NCBI GenBank assembly: GCA_963768655.1
Contig: CAVYIM010000007.1
Span: 83,965 to 147,964 of the forward strand
DNA: 64,000 bases
Source: an uncultured Chloroflexia bacterium
Lineage (GTDB): Bacteria; Chloroflexota; Limnocylindria; Limnocylindrales; CSP1-4
Reading direction: 5' to 3'
Shown: positions 1 through 8,304 of the stretch, one piece after another
Layout: each line of letters starts with the position of its first letter
How positions within the stretch are numbered: position 1 is the first letter of the stretch
Notes under the pieces: model-generated
Seen by the model: the letters and a program-made list of their open reading frames with translations, nothing else
What the model was told of the DNA's origin: nothing
The model's database searches: none
Position numbers and translations under genes: made by a program

Positions 1-642
1 GTCTCGAGGCCCCACGAGCTTGACGCCCTGCGGCGTCACGCGGGCATCGTCTTTGACGGACGGCAGATCGGCTTCCTGCGCGCGACTGGACCCTCAGGCC
101 CGGGCCCACTCCTGGTCCAGCTCGAAAAGATGATCCCGCTGGAGGGGCCATATCCGCTGAGCACCGGCTCGGTTAGCCAGCTCCTGCTCTACCTCCGGGC
201 GCTCGGCAGGAAACGACTTGACGGCCGATCCCTGGCCGACACCTTTGGTCCGGAGGCGGGAAGCTCACCGCTGGCTCGGGATTTCGTCGCCCACCTGCTG
301 TCTCGTATCGCGGACCCGGCGGCTCCACCGAAACCCCAGCTGCTTTATGCCGAGTGGATGCGCTCCTTCGGCGCCGTGTACGAGCAGGACACTAACAAGG
401 CACGTCGCGATGCCGGACTCCTGGCGAAGCTGTACGGCGTTCCCCCAAGTACGGGCCTGCCGAGGCTCCTTTTCACCGTGCAGACGTACTACGCCCTGCT
501 CATGAAGCTTCTGGCAGTCGAAGTGTTGTCGCTCCAGGCGGGATCACTGATTTCATCTGAAGCCTCCAAGGTCGCCAACGCCGGGCCCTCAGATCGCGCT
601 CGAATCCTTGCCGACCTTGAGGCAGGCCGGCATGATCCCTGA
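1..642 (+). pseudogene. 5'-partial, prematurely ending ORF resembling the N-terminal helical region of large N6-adenine DNA methyltransferase / type IIG RM (BREX PglX-like) proteins
   Basis: Frame 1 has no stop from base 1 to the listed 130..642 ORF, so the ORF enters from upstream. The segment LLFTVQTYYALLMKLLAVEVL...LADLEAG resembles, from memory, the pre-catalytic helical region of >1000-aa methylase fusions. The frame stops at 640-642, before any SAM-binding motif. Confidence 0.3.
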
Positions 643-680
643 TCCGTACCAGAACAACCCGTAGCTAAGGACATCTCATC

Positions 681-1037
681 ATGCCAACCTGGGCGCAGGC
701 GTCTCTTGTCGCGGTGTGTGGTTTCTACTTGGCAGCGCTGTTCTCGTCCGATATGGCGATGGACCTCTTGGGCACTTCATACGAGGCGCTGCCCGGATTC
801 GTCCGTCGGCAGATGTGGCGCACTGCCGAGCGGCGCGGGCAGTCCAATGGCATGGTCGGATCATTGAGTCGGGTCGTCGATCTATGTTTGGTGGGTCTGT
901 GCGTGTCCATATTCGTCGTTGTGCTCGTCTACCCCGGATCGGAGGTCGGTGAGCAATTCGTGTCGGTGGCGTACCTGCTCGCTCAAGTCGGGTGGTTCTG
1001 GTATCTCGCTCGCCTGCCACGGTCGAGAGTTCGATAG
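681..1037 (+). CDS. hypothetical small membrane protein
   Basis: 118-aa ORF with an ATG start and three hydrophobic stretches (LVAVCGFYLAALF, VVDLCLVGLCVSIFVVVLVY, VAYLLAQVGWFWYLA). No family recognised. The region looks more AT-rich by eye than the rest of the window. Confidence 0.35.
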   Translation: MPTWAQASLVAVCGFYLAALFSSDMAMDLLGTSYEALPGFVRRQMWRTAERRGQSNGMVGSLSRVVDLCLVGLCVSIFVVVLVYPGSEVGEQFVSVAYLLAQVGWFWYLARLPRSRVR

Positions 1038-1060
1038 GCGCCGAAGACAATGGAGTTGTC

Positions 1061-1837
1061 ATGACGGCCACGGTACGACTCTGGATCGAATCGCCTCTCT
1101 CTCTCGATCAATGTCGCGTGCGCCTGGGGGCTGGGCTTGGCGTTGGAGGAGCTTTCCCGGCAGGATCTGGGGGCCGTGCCAGTCCAGTGATTCGACTGAA
1201 GGAGAACACGGTCGAGGCAAGCGTGGTCGGCCCATCGTCTGGCTCCAGGCGGCAGAGTTGGGGGCGACCTCTGGAATTTAGGGGTCAGCTCGTTGCCAGA
1301 GGCACCGGGGCCGATCTCATCGGTCAGACCCACGGCGAAGGACGGTGGCCAGCGATTCTGTGCTGCCTGTGCCTGGGCTCGTGGCCGTTTCTGCAGACCA
1401 TCGCGCTTATTGCTCCGGGCGATTGGATTGTGTTGATCGTCTTACCTGTCGTTGGCGTCGTGTTCGAGGCGTATCCATACGCCCGGCTTCTCGCGCCGGA
1501 GAGAGCGGCGATCGCTCTCGTCCGGTGGCTTAGTCCCGCCTTGGATGCGTCTCACACGTCGACTGGCATGGTTGGGGACAGGCTCGAGAGCCTCGTTCGT
1601 CGCTGCGCCGGGACTGTCCGTTCAATTGAGTATGTAGCGACGGGCTCGATTGCTGCGGTGATCGCGTTCATCACGCCACCATGGTGGCCCAGGGGACTGG
1701 TGCTCACAAACCGGGGTGGCTTCGTCTTGATCGCGCTCCTCGTAGTCCTGTTGGGTGCGGTAGGAACGATCACCAGCCTGAGGTCAGCTCCGAGACCGGC
1801 GTCCGCGCAACCACCTATGCCGCCGTCGATGCCATAG
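1061..1837 (+). CDS. hypothetical membrane protein (soluble N-terminal part plus ~4 TM helices)
   Basis: ATG at 1061 is preceded by GGAG at 1052-1055. This start removes the overlap created by the listed GTG start at 992. Hydrophobic helices include WPAILCCLCLGSWPFLQTIALI, WIVLIVLPVVGVVF, SIAAVIAFITPPWW and GGFVLIALLVVLLGAVGTI. Confidence 0.4.
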   Translation: MTATVRLWIESPLSLDQCRVRLGAGLGVGGAFPAGSGGRASPVIRLKENTVEASVVGPSSGSRRQSWGRPLEFRGQLVARGTGADLIGQTHGEGRWPAILCCLCLGSWPFLQTIALIAPGDWIVLIVLPVVGVVFEAYPYARLLAPERAAIALVRWLSPALDASHTSTGMVGDRLESLVRRCAGTVRSIEYVATGSIAAVIAFITPPWWPRGLVLTNRGGFVLIALLVVLLGAVGTITSLRSAPRPASAQPPMPPSMP

Positions 1838-1948
1838 GCGAGCCTGTCGATCAAGTTCGGCTCGAGCTCCGCGGGCACCCTCGCCCGGACCTACGACCTA
1901 GTGTCCCGAGCCGCTGCAGGGTAACTGGTTTGCAGCTACGATTCGGCT

Positions 1949-2158
1949 ATGCCGAACCATCCAGCTCCGCCGTTGGTCATCAGCGAGTCTGAACGAGCAT
2001 CCCTACTGGCCCTGATACGAGCGGGAACGACCGAGCAGCGACTCGCGATGCGGGCCCGGATCGTGCTTGCGGCAGCGGCCGGCACCGCGAACGAGCGGAT
2101 TGCGGCCGAGCCATCAGGGTCCGACGCGGCTGCACCTGAGCCAAGCCCTTGGCCATAA
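1949..2158 (+). mobile_element. IS630-family transposase N-terminal HTH fragment (remnant, no catalytic domain)
   Basis: LVISESERASLLALIRAGTTEQRLAMRARIVLAAAAGTANERIA matches the usual N-terminal pattern of IS630-type transposases (S..er..L..l.r.g....r...RARIVL.aa.G..n..IA). The ORF ends after 69 aa. No DDE domain or inverted repeats were seen nearby. Confidence 0.5.
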
Positions 2159-2199
2159 CACGTTGTCGAAAACAGCTTCATCTGAGGTTGTGAGAGAAG

Positions 2200-2403
2200 A
2201 TGAGCGCGTGGGATGTTGTTGACTACTGCGGGATAGCAGTATGGTTGGTGTGGATGTTGTGGTTCTGGAGGACACTGGCGAAGACGTTCCTCAACCCTCG
2301 CTACCCGTCTCAGCTTGGTGTGAAGGCTGCGGTGCCGGTAATTCTTGCGGCTCTTGCTTTGGCGGCTGTGTCAGGTCTGCTGCTGATGGCACAGGGCGGG
2401 TGA
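2200..2403 (+). CDS. hypothetical small membrane protein
   Basis: 67-aa ORF with two hydrophobic helices (YCGIAVWLVWMLWFW and AAVPVILAALALAAVSGLLLMA). The upstream Shine-Dalgarno-like stretch GAGAGAAG is weak. Confidence 0.3.
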   Translation: MSAWDVVDYCGIAVWLVWMLWFWRTLAKTFLNPRYPSQLGVKAAVPVILAALALAAVSGLLLMAQGG

Positions 2404-2607
2404 CCAGTTCTCCGTCGAAGCGCGCTGTTGACGAAGCCGGAACTCTAGAGGTGTTGTCGCGAGAACGGCGGCGTGGGACCCGCTTGTCCGCCGTCAGTAA
2501 TCTTGGACACCCTCGATCTGCGCAGCTCTTGCCTGTCGCGGTCGGAGGCCGAACCCGATGGCAGAGTTCGCGTGTCCGATCCGGGAGTCGGGTTCAGGGG
2601 CCGCCCA

Positions 2608-2943
2608 TCAGGGTTTGAACAGTTCGGCCGTGGAAATGGCGTAATGCCCGCCGTCGGCGCTGCCGCCGGCGATCAAGACTGTGCCATCGGGCAGCAGGGT
2701 TGCTGTCTGATCACCTCGGGGCGTGTTCATCGAGCCGATCAGGTGAATGCCGGTGGTGGGGTCGTACAGCCCGGCGGAGGCGGCAGAATCGTTGGTATTC
2801 TCGTTAGGGCTTCCATCGGTCTCGATGGCGCAGGTGTGGTAGCGGCCGGCGCTCACAGCGGTGAAGGTGCCGGCGGGTGGGGTGGCCTCGCTGTAGGTGT
2901 TGTCACCCCAGCAGGCCAGGGTTCCGTCGGTCCTCCGCGATCT
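2608..2943 (-). pseudogene. fragment of an RCC1-like / Kelch-like beta-propeller repeat protein
   Basis: The minus frame is open from the TAG at 2944-2946 down to the stop at 2605-2607. It reads RSRRTDGTLACWGDNTYSEATPPAGTFTAVSAGRYHTCAIETDGS (RCC1-type repeat signature). This is followed by AGLYDPTTGIHLIGSMNTPRGDQTATLLPDGTVLIAGG...AELFKP (Kelch-type repeat). There is no plausible N-terminus and only ~1.5 repeats. Confidence 0.5.
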
Positions 2944-3248
2944 CTACCATCCCGTGTGCAGTGGAACGCCGAAGATCGAGGTCTGGGCGACGAAACGGCT
3001 CCACGAGGTCTAGCGGTGCACGCACGCGTCGCGCCGACTCAATAGCCTGACTCCGCCCAGCTCCGCCGGTTACCGACGATCTCGGCCCGGTGCCAGCCAG
3101 TTCGCACGTCCGGTCGGGATCCGTGCTCGGTACTCTTGGGCACTATCGAGCTTCGCTCTGGCCCGGGATGCTACCGGGGCAGGGAGCCCGCCCGTCGTAC
3201 ATGGAAGCTGACAAGGCGCTTCCCGCGACAAGGATGGGGGGTAGAGAA

Positions 3249-4367
3249 ATGGACGGCGTCCAAGCCTGCGCGCGATGCGGCACAGCACTCACGCCGGGCA
3301 TTGCCTTCTGCGGGGCCTGCGGTCTGGCCGTCGGACGTGCCGCGGTCCCACCCACGGCTCCACCGACGGCCCCACCTCAGTGGGCGCAGGCACCCGGTCC
3401 GCCGCCGTGGGCGCAATCGCCGGTCCCACCCGTGGGCCCACCGGCACCGCCGCCGTGGGCTCAGGCACCCGCGCCGAAGCCCACGTATGTGCACCAAAGG
3501 TTCGTGGGTTGGTGGGTCCGGCTCTCGCGCCGAGGGAAGATCGGGACGAGCGTAGCCGTCGTGATGGCCATCCTCGTACTGGCAGCCATAGGAGGCAGTT
3601 CGGGAGCGAGCGGAGGAGCCGGCGGCTCTCCCAACCCGTCCGCCGGTGGGACCCCAGGAAACGTGGGCGCCGTTACGAGCGCCTCTACGCCGTCGCCTTT
3701 GCCGACGCCAACGGTTGTGCCTACTGCGACTCCCTTGCCGACGGCCGTGCCGGTGCCGACGGCCGTGCCGAAGCCGACACCCACTCCGTCACCTACGGCC
3801 GTGCCGACGCTCGGCCTCGACTTCAACCCCATCAGTCTTTCCGGGCGGGGAAACAAGGTTCCGAAGTTCACGATCCCCGAAGACGCGGCTGGAATCGCCA
3901 CTATCACCAACCACGGCAGTGCCAACTTCGTGGTCTGGTCAATCGCTGCGGATGGCTCGCAGCTCGACCTCCTTGTGAACACGATCGGCAGCTACTCCGG
4001 AACCGTGCTCTTCGACACGGGCGCGAATGAGCACTCGGTTGCCTTCAGCGTCGAGTCGGATGGTTCGTGGACGATAGCAATCAAGCCTCTTCAGCTCGCT
4101 CGGTCGTGGGATGGAGTGTCGAAGTTGACCGGTCGCGGCGATGATGTAGTTCAGCTCCAGCAGGAGATAGCGGGCCTTGCGACGGCGACGATCACGTACT
4201 CGGGCTCCGGCAACTTCGCCGTCTGGGCGTACAGCGATAGCGGCGCCGACTTGCTGGTAAACGAGATCGGCAAGTACAGCGGCGACACACAGTTGCCGGC
4301 CGGAACCGTTTTGCTGGCGATCAGCGCCTCTGGGACGTGGACGGTCACCCCGGACCTCAGCGAATAG
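3249..4367 (+). CDS. zinc-ribbon membrane protein with Pro-rich (PPWAQ) and Pro/Thr-rich linkers and two tandem C-terminal beta-rich repeats
   Basis: ATG at 3249 is preceded by GGGGGGTAGAG and is in frame with the listed 3090 start. The N-terminus has a CARCG...CGACG zinc ribbon, then PPQWAQAP/PPPWAQSP/PPPWAQAP, one TM helix (VAVVMAILVLAAIGG) and a PT-rich linker. Two similar ~85-aa modules follow (ATITNHGSANFVVWSIAADGSQLDLLVNTIGSYSGTVLF and ATATITYSGSGNFAVWAYSDSGADLLVNEIGKYSGDTQL). Confidence 0.6.
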   Translation: MDGVQACARCGTALTPGIAFCGACGLAVGRAAVPPTAPPTAPPQWAQAPGPPPWAQSPVPPVGPPAPPPWAQAPAPKPTYVHQRFVGWWVRLSRRGKIGTSVAVVMAILVLAAIGGSSGASGGAGGSPNPSAGGTPGNVGAVTSASTPSPLPTPTVVPTATPLPTAVPVPTAVPKPTPTPSPTAVPTLGLDFNPISLSGRGNKVPKFTIPEDAAGIATITNHGSANFVVWSIAADGSQLDLLVNTIGSYSGTVLFDTGANEHSVAFSVESDGSWTIAIKPLQLARSWDGVSKLTGRGDDVVQLQQEIAGLATATITYSGSGNFAVWAYSDSGADLLVNEIGKYSGDTQLPAGTVLLAISASGTWTVTPDLSE

Positions 4368-4794
4368 CGAACGCAGAGGCCGGGGCAAGGCCACTTGAAT
4401 CGAGGGTCTACTAGAGGATTGCCCGTCGGACCACGACCGAAGCCGTCGCTATGAGCAGCTCGTGTCGATTGTGACAAACGGTCGGCTGGCTGCCCTTGTT
4501 GGGCGTTCTCTGACGATCTGTCAGCTCCTGCTCCAGTCGGCAAGTAGGACTGGAAACGAGGCGAGGTGTCCGCCCGACCGGGCGGATGACGGCTGAAACG
4601 GGTTCGCGCGTCCCAGATGGCGCCTGGCTGGCCGCCACAGCGTCGGGTTCGCGGCCGTCCTAGTGCCGACCTGGTGGCCCACGCCCCATAGGCATGTGCG
4701 TCACCAGTGGAGCCCGTTCATGCAGAATCGTTTCGGCAACCTCATCGGCAACCTCAGGTGCAACGAACGGGTTGGATCCTTGAGGGAGGGCGCA

Positions 4795-6447
4795 GTGCGA
4801 AAAGGCGTGTTCTCCAGTGCAGCGGGCCGGCTAGCCGCACTCCGCGTCCTGGTTGGGCCACTCTCTTCCCTGCGCAAACACGTCCGCCTTGCAGTTGCCG
4901 TCGCGGCGGCTGCCTTCATGCTTCTCGCGGTCAACGTCTCGGGCTTTGTGCAGGGCTCGGATGCGAGCCTCGTGATCATGGGATTCGACCCAGATCGAGC
5001 CCAGCTCATTACCTCTCTGCTCGTGGGCGCTGGCGCGGCCGCCTTGGCTTACCTGTGCAGCGATCTGTTCGTGACCGCAGTGCTTCTCGGCCTCTTCGCG
5101 GCGACCATCTTGTACGCAGACACCTTTGCCCAGGAGACGACCTCGGCACTTGCTTCCACTGGAGCTGACGGCATCTTCGATCCGGGTGGCTGGCTCTTGA
5201 CCCTGGTGACGCTCGTGACTACAGCGGTGGTCGTCGGCTGGTCGGCCGCGACACTGTCAGGCCCAATTCGGCGGCACCTCATAGCGGCAGGCCAGGTTCT
5301 CGTTGGAGCCGTCAGAGAGCGGAGGATCGACCTGCGAGCGCTGGCCGGGCCGATTGTGGTGGCGGTCATTGCGACTCTGCTCGCGGTCTCAGTCCCCACT
5401 CTGGGAGACATGCTCAACTACACGCCCGACTCGCACATGTTGACCGGCGGACAGCCCCTGGAGGGCCTCGCGGGTGGCGACGGTTCCACGCCGTCGGCCA
5501 CTGCAGGACCTGGCGACATGAACGGCATGGGTACGCCCTCGCCCTCACCCTCTCAGACGCCCACGAGTGGACCGGACCTGACCCCGAGCGCTTCGGCCTC
5601 TGTGGCTGCGAACTCAGGGCCTCGCCCGTGGCTGGCTTGGAGGCCGTCCGGGCCAGGCCGGGTGGAGACCGACGGGCTGCCCGCCCCATGGGTCGGCGGG
5701 CACACCCTCGACATCTCGGTGTACCTTCCGCCCGGATACCAGACCAGCGGTCAACGACGCTACCCGGTGGAGTACGAACCGCTCGACTCGTTCGCGAGGT
5801 GGAATCAGGCATTTGGCGTCAAGGCGGAGCTCGACGTGCTCACAGATCAAGGCACGATCCCCGCCTCGCTCGTGGTGTTCATCGACACTTCAGGTGGTCC
5901 GTACCAGGACAGCGAATGCGCCAACTCCACGGACGGCGAAGAGTGGATGGGTCGGTTCCTCGGAGAGACCGTTCCGACGTACATCGACGCCCACTATCGG
6001 ACGATCACCGAGCCCGCCGCCCGAACCCTGCTCGGGTTCTCGCAGGGCGGCTACTGCGCAGCCATGCTGATCCTCGACTACCCCAACGTCTTCGGCAATG
6101 CCGTCTCGATTTCGGGCTACTTCCACGCCGGGCTCGGGAGCGCGAACGCTTGGCGTCCCTTCGGCCACGATCAGAGCGTCCTGGATCAGTACTCGCCGGC
6201 GTTGGTGGCGCCGCAGTTGTCGGCCAGTACGATAAGCAGCCTGTACTTCGTCATCGACTTCGATCCTGCTCAACCCCTCTACGGGCCGGAGGGGAAGGCC
6301 TTCGTGGCAGTCCTACAGAGGTCCGGATACGCGTACGCGGTTATCGATTCTCCGCAGCACCACAGCTGGACTCAAGTCCGGTACGGGCTGAGTCCGACCC
6401 TGGCACTCGTTGCCAGCCGGCAAGCGGGGGAGGCGGTATTCTCCTGA
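4795..6447 (+). CDS. membrane-anchored alpha/beta-hydrolase ('putative esterase', esterase D/Ag85-like fold), paralog 1
   Basis: GTG at 4795 follows GAGGGAGGG at 4782-4790. Alternative starts are 4720 and 4663. The N-terminal part is polytopic hydrophobic, followed by a Pro/Ser/Thr linker. The C-terminal domain carries YLPPGYQTSGQRRYPVEYE and the nucleophile elbow GFSQGGYCA. It is a clear paralog of 8301..9932. Confidence 0.7.
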   Translation: MRKGVFSSAAGRLAALRVLVGPLSSLRKHVRLAVAVAAAAFMLLAVNVSGFVQGSDASLVIMGFDPDRAQLITSLLVGAGAAALAYLCSDLFVTAVLLGLFAATILYADTFAQETTSALASTGADGIFDPGGWLLTLVTLVTTAVVVGWSAATLSGPIRRHLIAAGQVLVGAVRERRIDLRALAGPIVVAVIATLLAVSVPTLGDMLNYTPDSHMLTGGQPLEGLAGGDGSTPSATAGPGDMNGMGTPSPSPSQTPTSGPDLTPSASASVAANSGPRPWLAWRPSGPGRVETDGLPAPWVGGHTLDISVYLPPGYQTSGQRRYPVEYEPLDSFARWNQAFGVKAELDVLTDQGTIPASLVVFIDTSGGPYQDSECANSTDGEEWMGRFLGETVPTYIDAHYRTITEPAARTLLGFSQGGYCAAMLILDYPNVFGNAVSISGYFHAGLGSANAWRPFGHDQSVLDQYSPALVAPQLSASTISSLYFVIDFDPAQPLYGPEGKAFVAVLQRSGYAYAVIDSPQHHSWTQVRYGLSPTLALVASRQAGEAVFS

Positions 6448-6567
6448 GCTGCCGGCGCGGAACAACCAGCGTAGGTCAGGCGTCTCCTAGGTGGACGAGG
6501 CTCTGACGCTCCAGGGCGATCCTTCATCCGTACTCACCCGGTGCCTCTCTCGAAGCGGGGAGTGGGA

Positions 6568-8304
6568 ATGACCCTGGTTGAGCCGCAGAAACGAACGGCT
6601 CGAGTGGCGCGAGCGGCCCTCAGCTGGGGCGTCGCCATTCCTGCGCTTATCCTCGCCCTCCTCTCCATCGTCTCACTCGCATACTTCTTAGGGTTCCTGC
6701 GGCCCCTTGCCCGAGGAGTCGACGCGGTCTGGCCAATCGATGCAGGCGACGCCAGCCCGAGCTTCGCGCTTCTGTCCGCCGTCGGCCTGGGAGCCCTGAG
6801 CGTCGGGCTCCTGAAAGGCAAAGCCGTTGCCTGGTGGCTGGCGGTTGCCACCCTGGTCGTTGCCCTGCTGTGCCAGGCTGCGACTCTCGCGCACCCGCTC
6901 GGTGTCGTCGTCGTGGGCGGCCTGTTGTCTGTTCTCGTCGCCGACAACCGTCACTACGAAGTCGAGACCTCTGCCAGCTGGCGCCGGCGCGCTCTAGCCC
7001 TGATGGTGGCGGCGGGTGTGCTCGTCGGCCTGGAGACCTCACTCGTCATCGCTGCCACGGGCTCATGGCCTGGTCCCCTTGGCCTCCTCAGCGACGCGAC
7101 GGCAGCCTTGGGCAATGCCTTTGGGATCAGTGACGCCACGGCGGGTGATCTGCTCAGGGTCACCAGCCACAATGTGCTTCTGGCGCTGCTCATCGTGGCT
7201 GCCCGCCTGCCGATCGTCCTGGCCGCGATCGGGGTCCTTTCCCCTGCTCCGGAGCATGCGCCCGACCCCTCGACCCGGGCTCGGGCGCGGGAGATAGGTA
7301 GGCGGTTCGGCTGCGGGGCGCTACTGCCGTTCCAACTCGGCGACGACAAGTTCGTCTTCGTTCCGGCCGACGCCGACGGCATGGTCGTCTATGGCGTCGC
7401 GGCCGGTACGGCAGTGGTCCTGGGCGACCCGATCGGTCCCGCCCAGGAGACTTCCAAGGTTCTGGCCGCCTTCCTCGCTCGATGCCACAGAGTCGGCAGG
7501 ACGCTGGTCTTCTATCAGGCCAGCGGCCCCGGCAGCGGTGCCCTGGCCCAGGCCGGGTTTCGCGTGTTCCGTGTCGGCCAGGAGGCGGTGGTGGAGCTGG
7601 GCACCTTCGATCTAAGTGGCCCACGGCGGGCCAATCTGCGACACACGATCACGCGCTGCCGCAGAGCCGGCGTCTCGATTCGCTGGTTCGCCTCGGGCAT
7701 CGACCCGGCTGTCGATCCGGGGCTCGGTGCCCAGCTTGCGGCGCTAGATGAGAGATGGCGCCTGGAAGTTGGACCCGAGCTCGGGTTCACGATCAGCCAG
7801 TTCGACGCGGCCAACTTGCGCTGGCAGCCAGTCGCGGTCGCGGTCTCGGAGACCGGCCACCCGCTCGGTTTTGCGACGTTCAGGCGCACGGGCACAGATG
7901 GCGGTTGGGTCGTGGACCTCATGCGCCGGGCTGGCGACTCTCCGCCCGGTGTCGTCGAGTGGTGCATCGCCGAGGCGGCGTCGGCCTTCCGGGCCGGCGG
8001 CTCGAAGACCCTGTCGCTGGGACTCGCACCGCTGGCCGGGCTCGAAGCGGACGGGGTGGCCGAGGAGCGGCTTCTGCGTCTCGGCGCGTGGGTGGTCCGT
8101 CGCTGGTACGACGTGCGCGGGTTGGCGTTCTTCAAAGGCAAGTTCGACCCGATCTGGGTGCCCCGCTACGGCGCCATCAGACACCGACGCGATATCGTCG
8201 GCTTCGTTGTTGCCCTGTTGCTAGTACATGTGAGGCCAGTATCGATGTTGCCGCGATGGCGCCGCCCGGTCCCCCTGGCCGCGAGCGGCTCTTCTGCCCG
8301 ATGA
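6568..8304 (+). CDS. MprF-like aminoacyl-phosphatidylglycerol (aminoacyl-lipid) synthase: short TM region plus DUF2156/LPG-synthase C-terminal domain
   Basis: ATG at 6568 is preceded by GGGGAG. About 6-7 N-terminal TM helices are present. The C-terminal domain shows the typical pattern FGCGALLPFQLGDDKFVFVPADADGMVVYGVAAGTAVVLGDPIGP ... FDLSGPRRANLRHTITRCRRAGV ... FKGKFDPIWVPRY. The stop overlaps the next gene's ATG (ATGA at 8301-8304). Confidence 0.7.
   Translation: MTLVEPQKRTARVARAALSWGVAIPALILALLSIVSLAYFLGFLRPLARGVDAVWPIDAGDASPSFALLSAVGLGALSVGLLKGKAVAWWLAVATLVVALLCQAATLAHPLGVVVVGGLLSVLVADNRHYEVETSASWRRRALALMVAAGVLVGLETSLVIAATGSWPGPLGLLSDATAALGNAFGISDATAGDLLRVTSHNVLLALLIVAARLPIVLAAIGVLSPAPEHAPDPSTRARAREIGRRFGCGALLPFQLGDDKFVFVPADADGMVVYGVAAGTAVVLGDPIGPAQETSKVLAAFLARCHRVGRTLVFYQASGPGSGALAQAGFRVFRVGQEAVVELGTFDLSGPRRANLRHTITRCRRAGVSIRWFASGIDPAVDPGLGAQLAALDERWRLEVGPELGFTISQFDAANLRWQPVAVAVSETGHPLGFATFRRTGTDGGWVVDLMRRAGDSPPGVVEWCIAEAASAFRAGGSKTLSLGLAPLAGLEADGVAEERLLRLGAWVVRRWYDVRGLAFFKGKFDPIWVPRYGAIRHRRDIVGFVVALLLVHVRPVSMLPRWRRPVPLAASGSSAR

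Noticed and set aside
7755-8300. N-terminal 182 aa of the listed 725-aa ORF (7755..9932)
   Set aside because: This part lies entirely inside the MprF-like gene in another frame and is Arg-rich junk. The paralog alignment and the ATGA overlap support the start at 8301.
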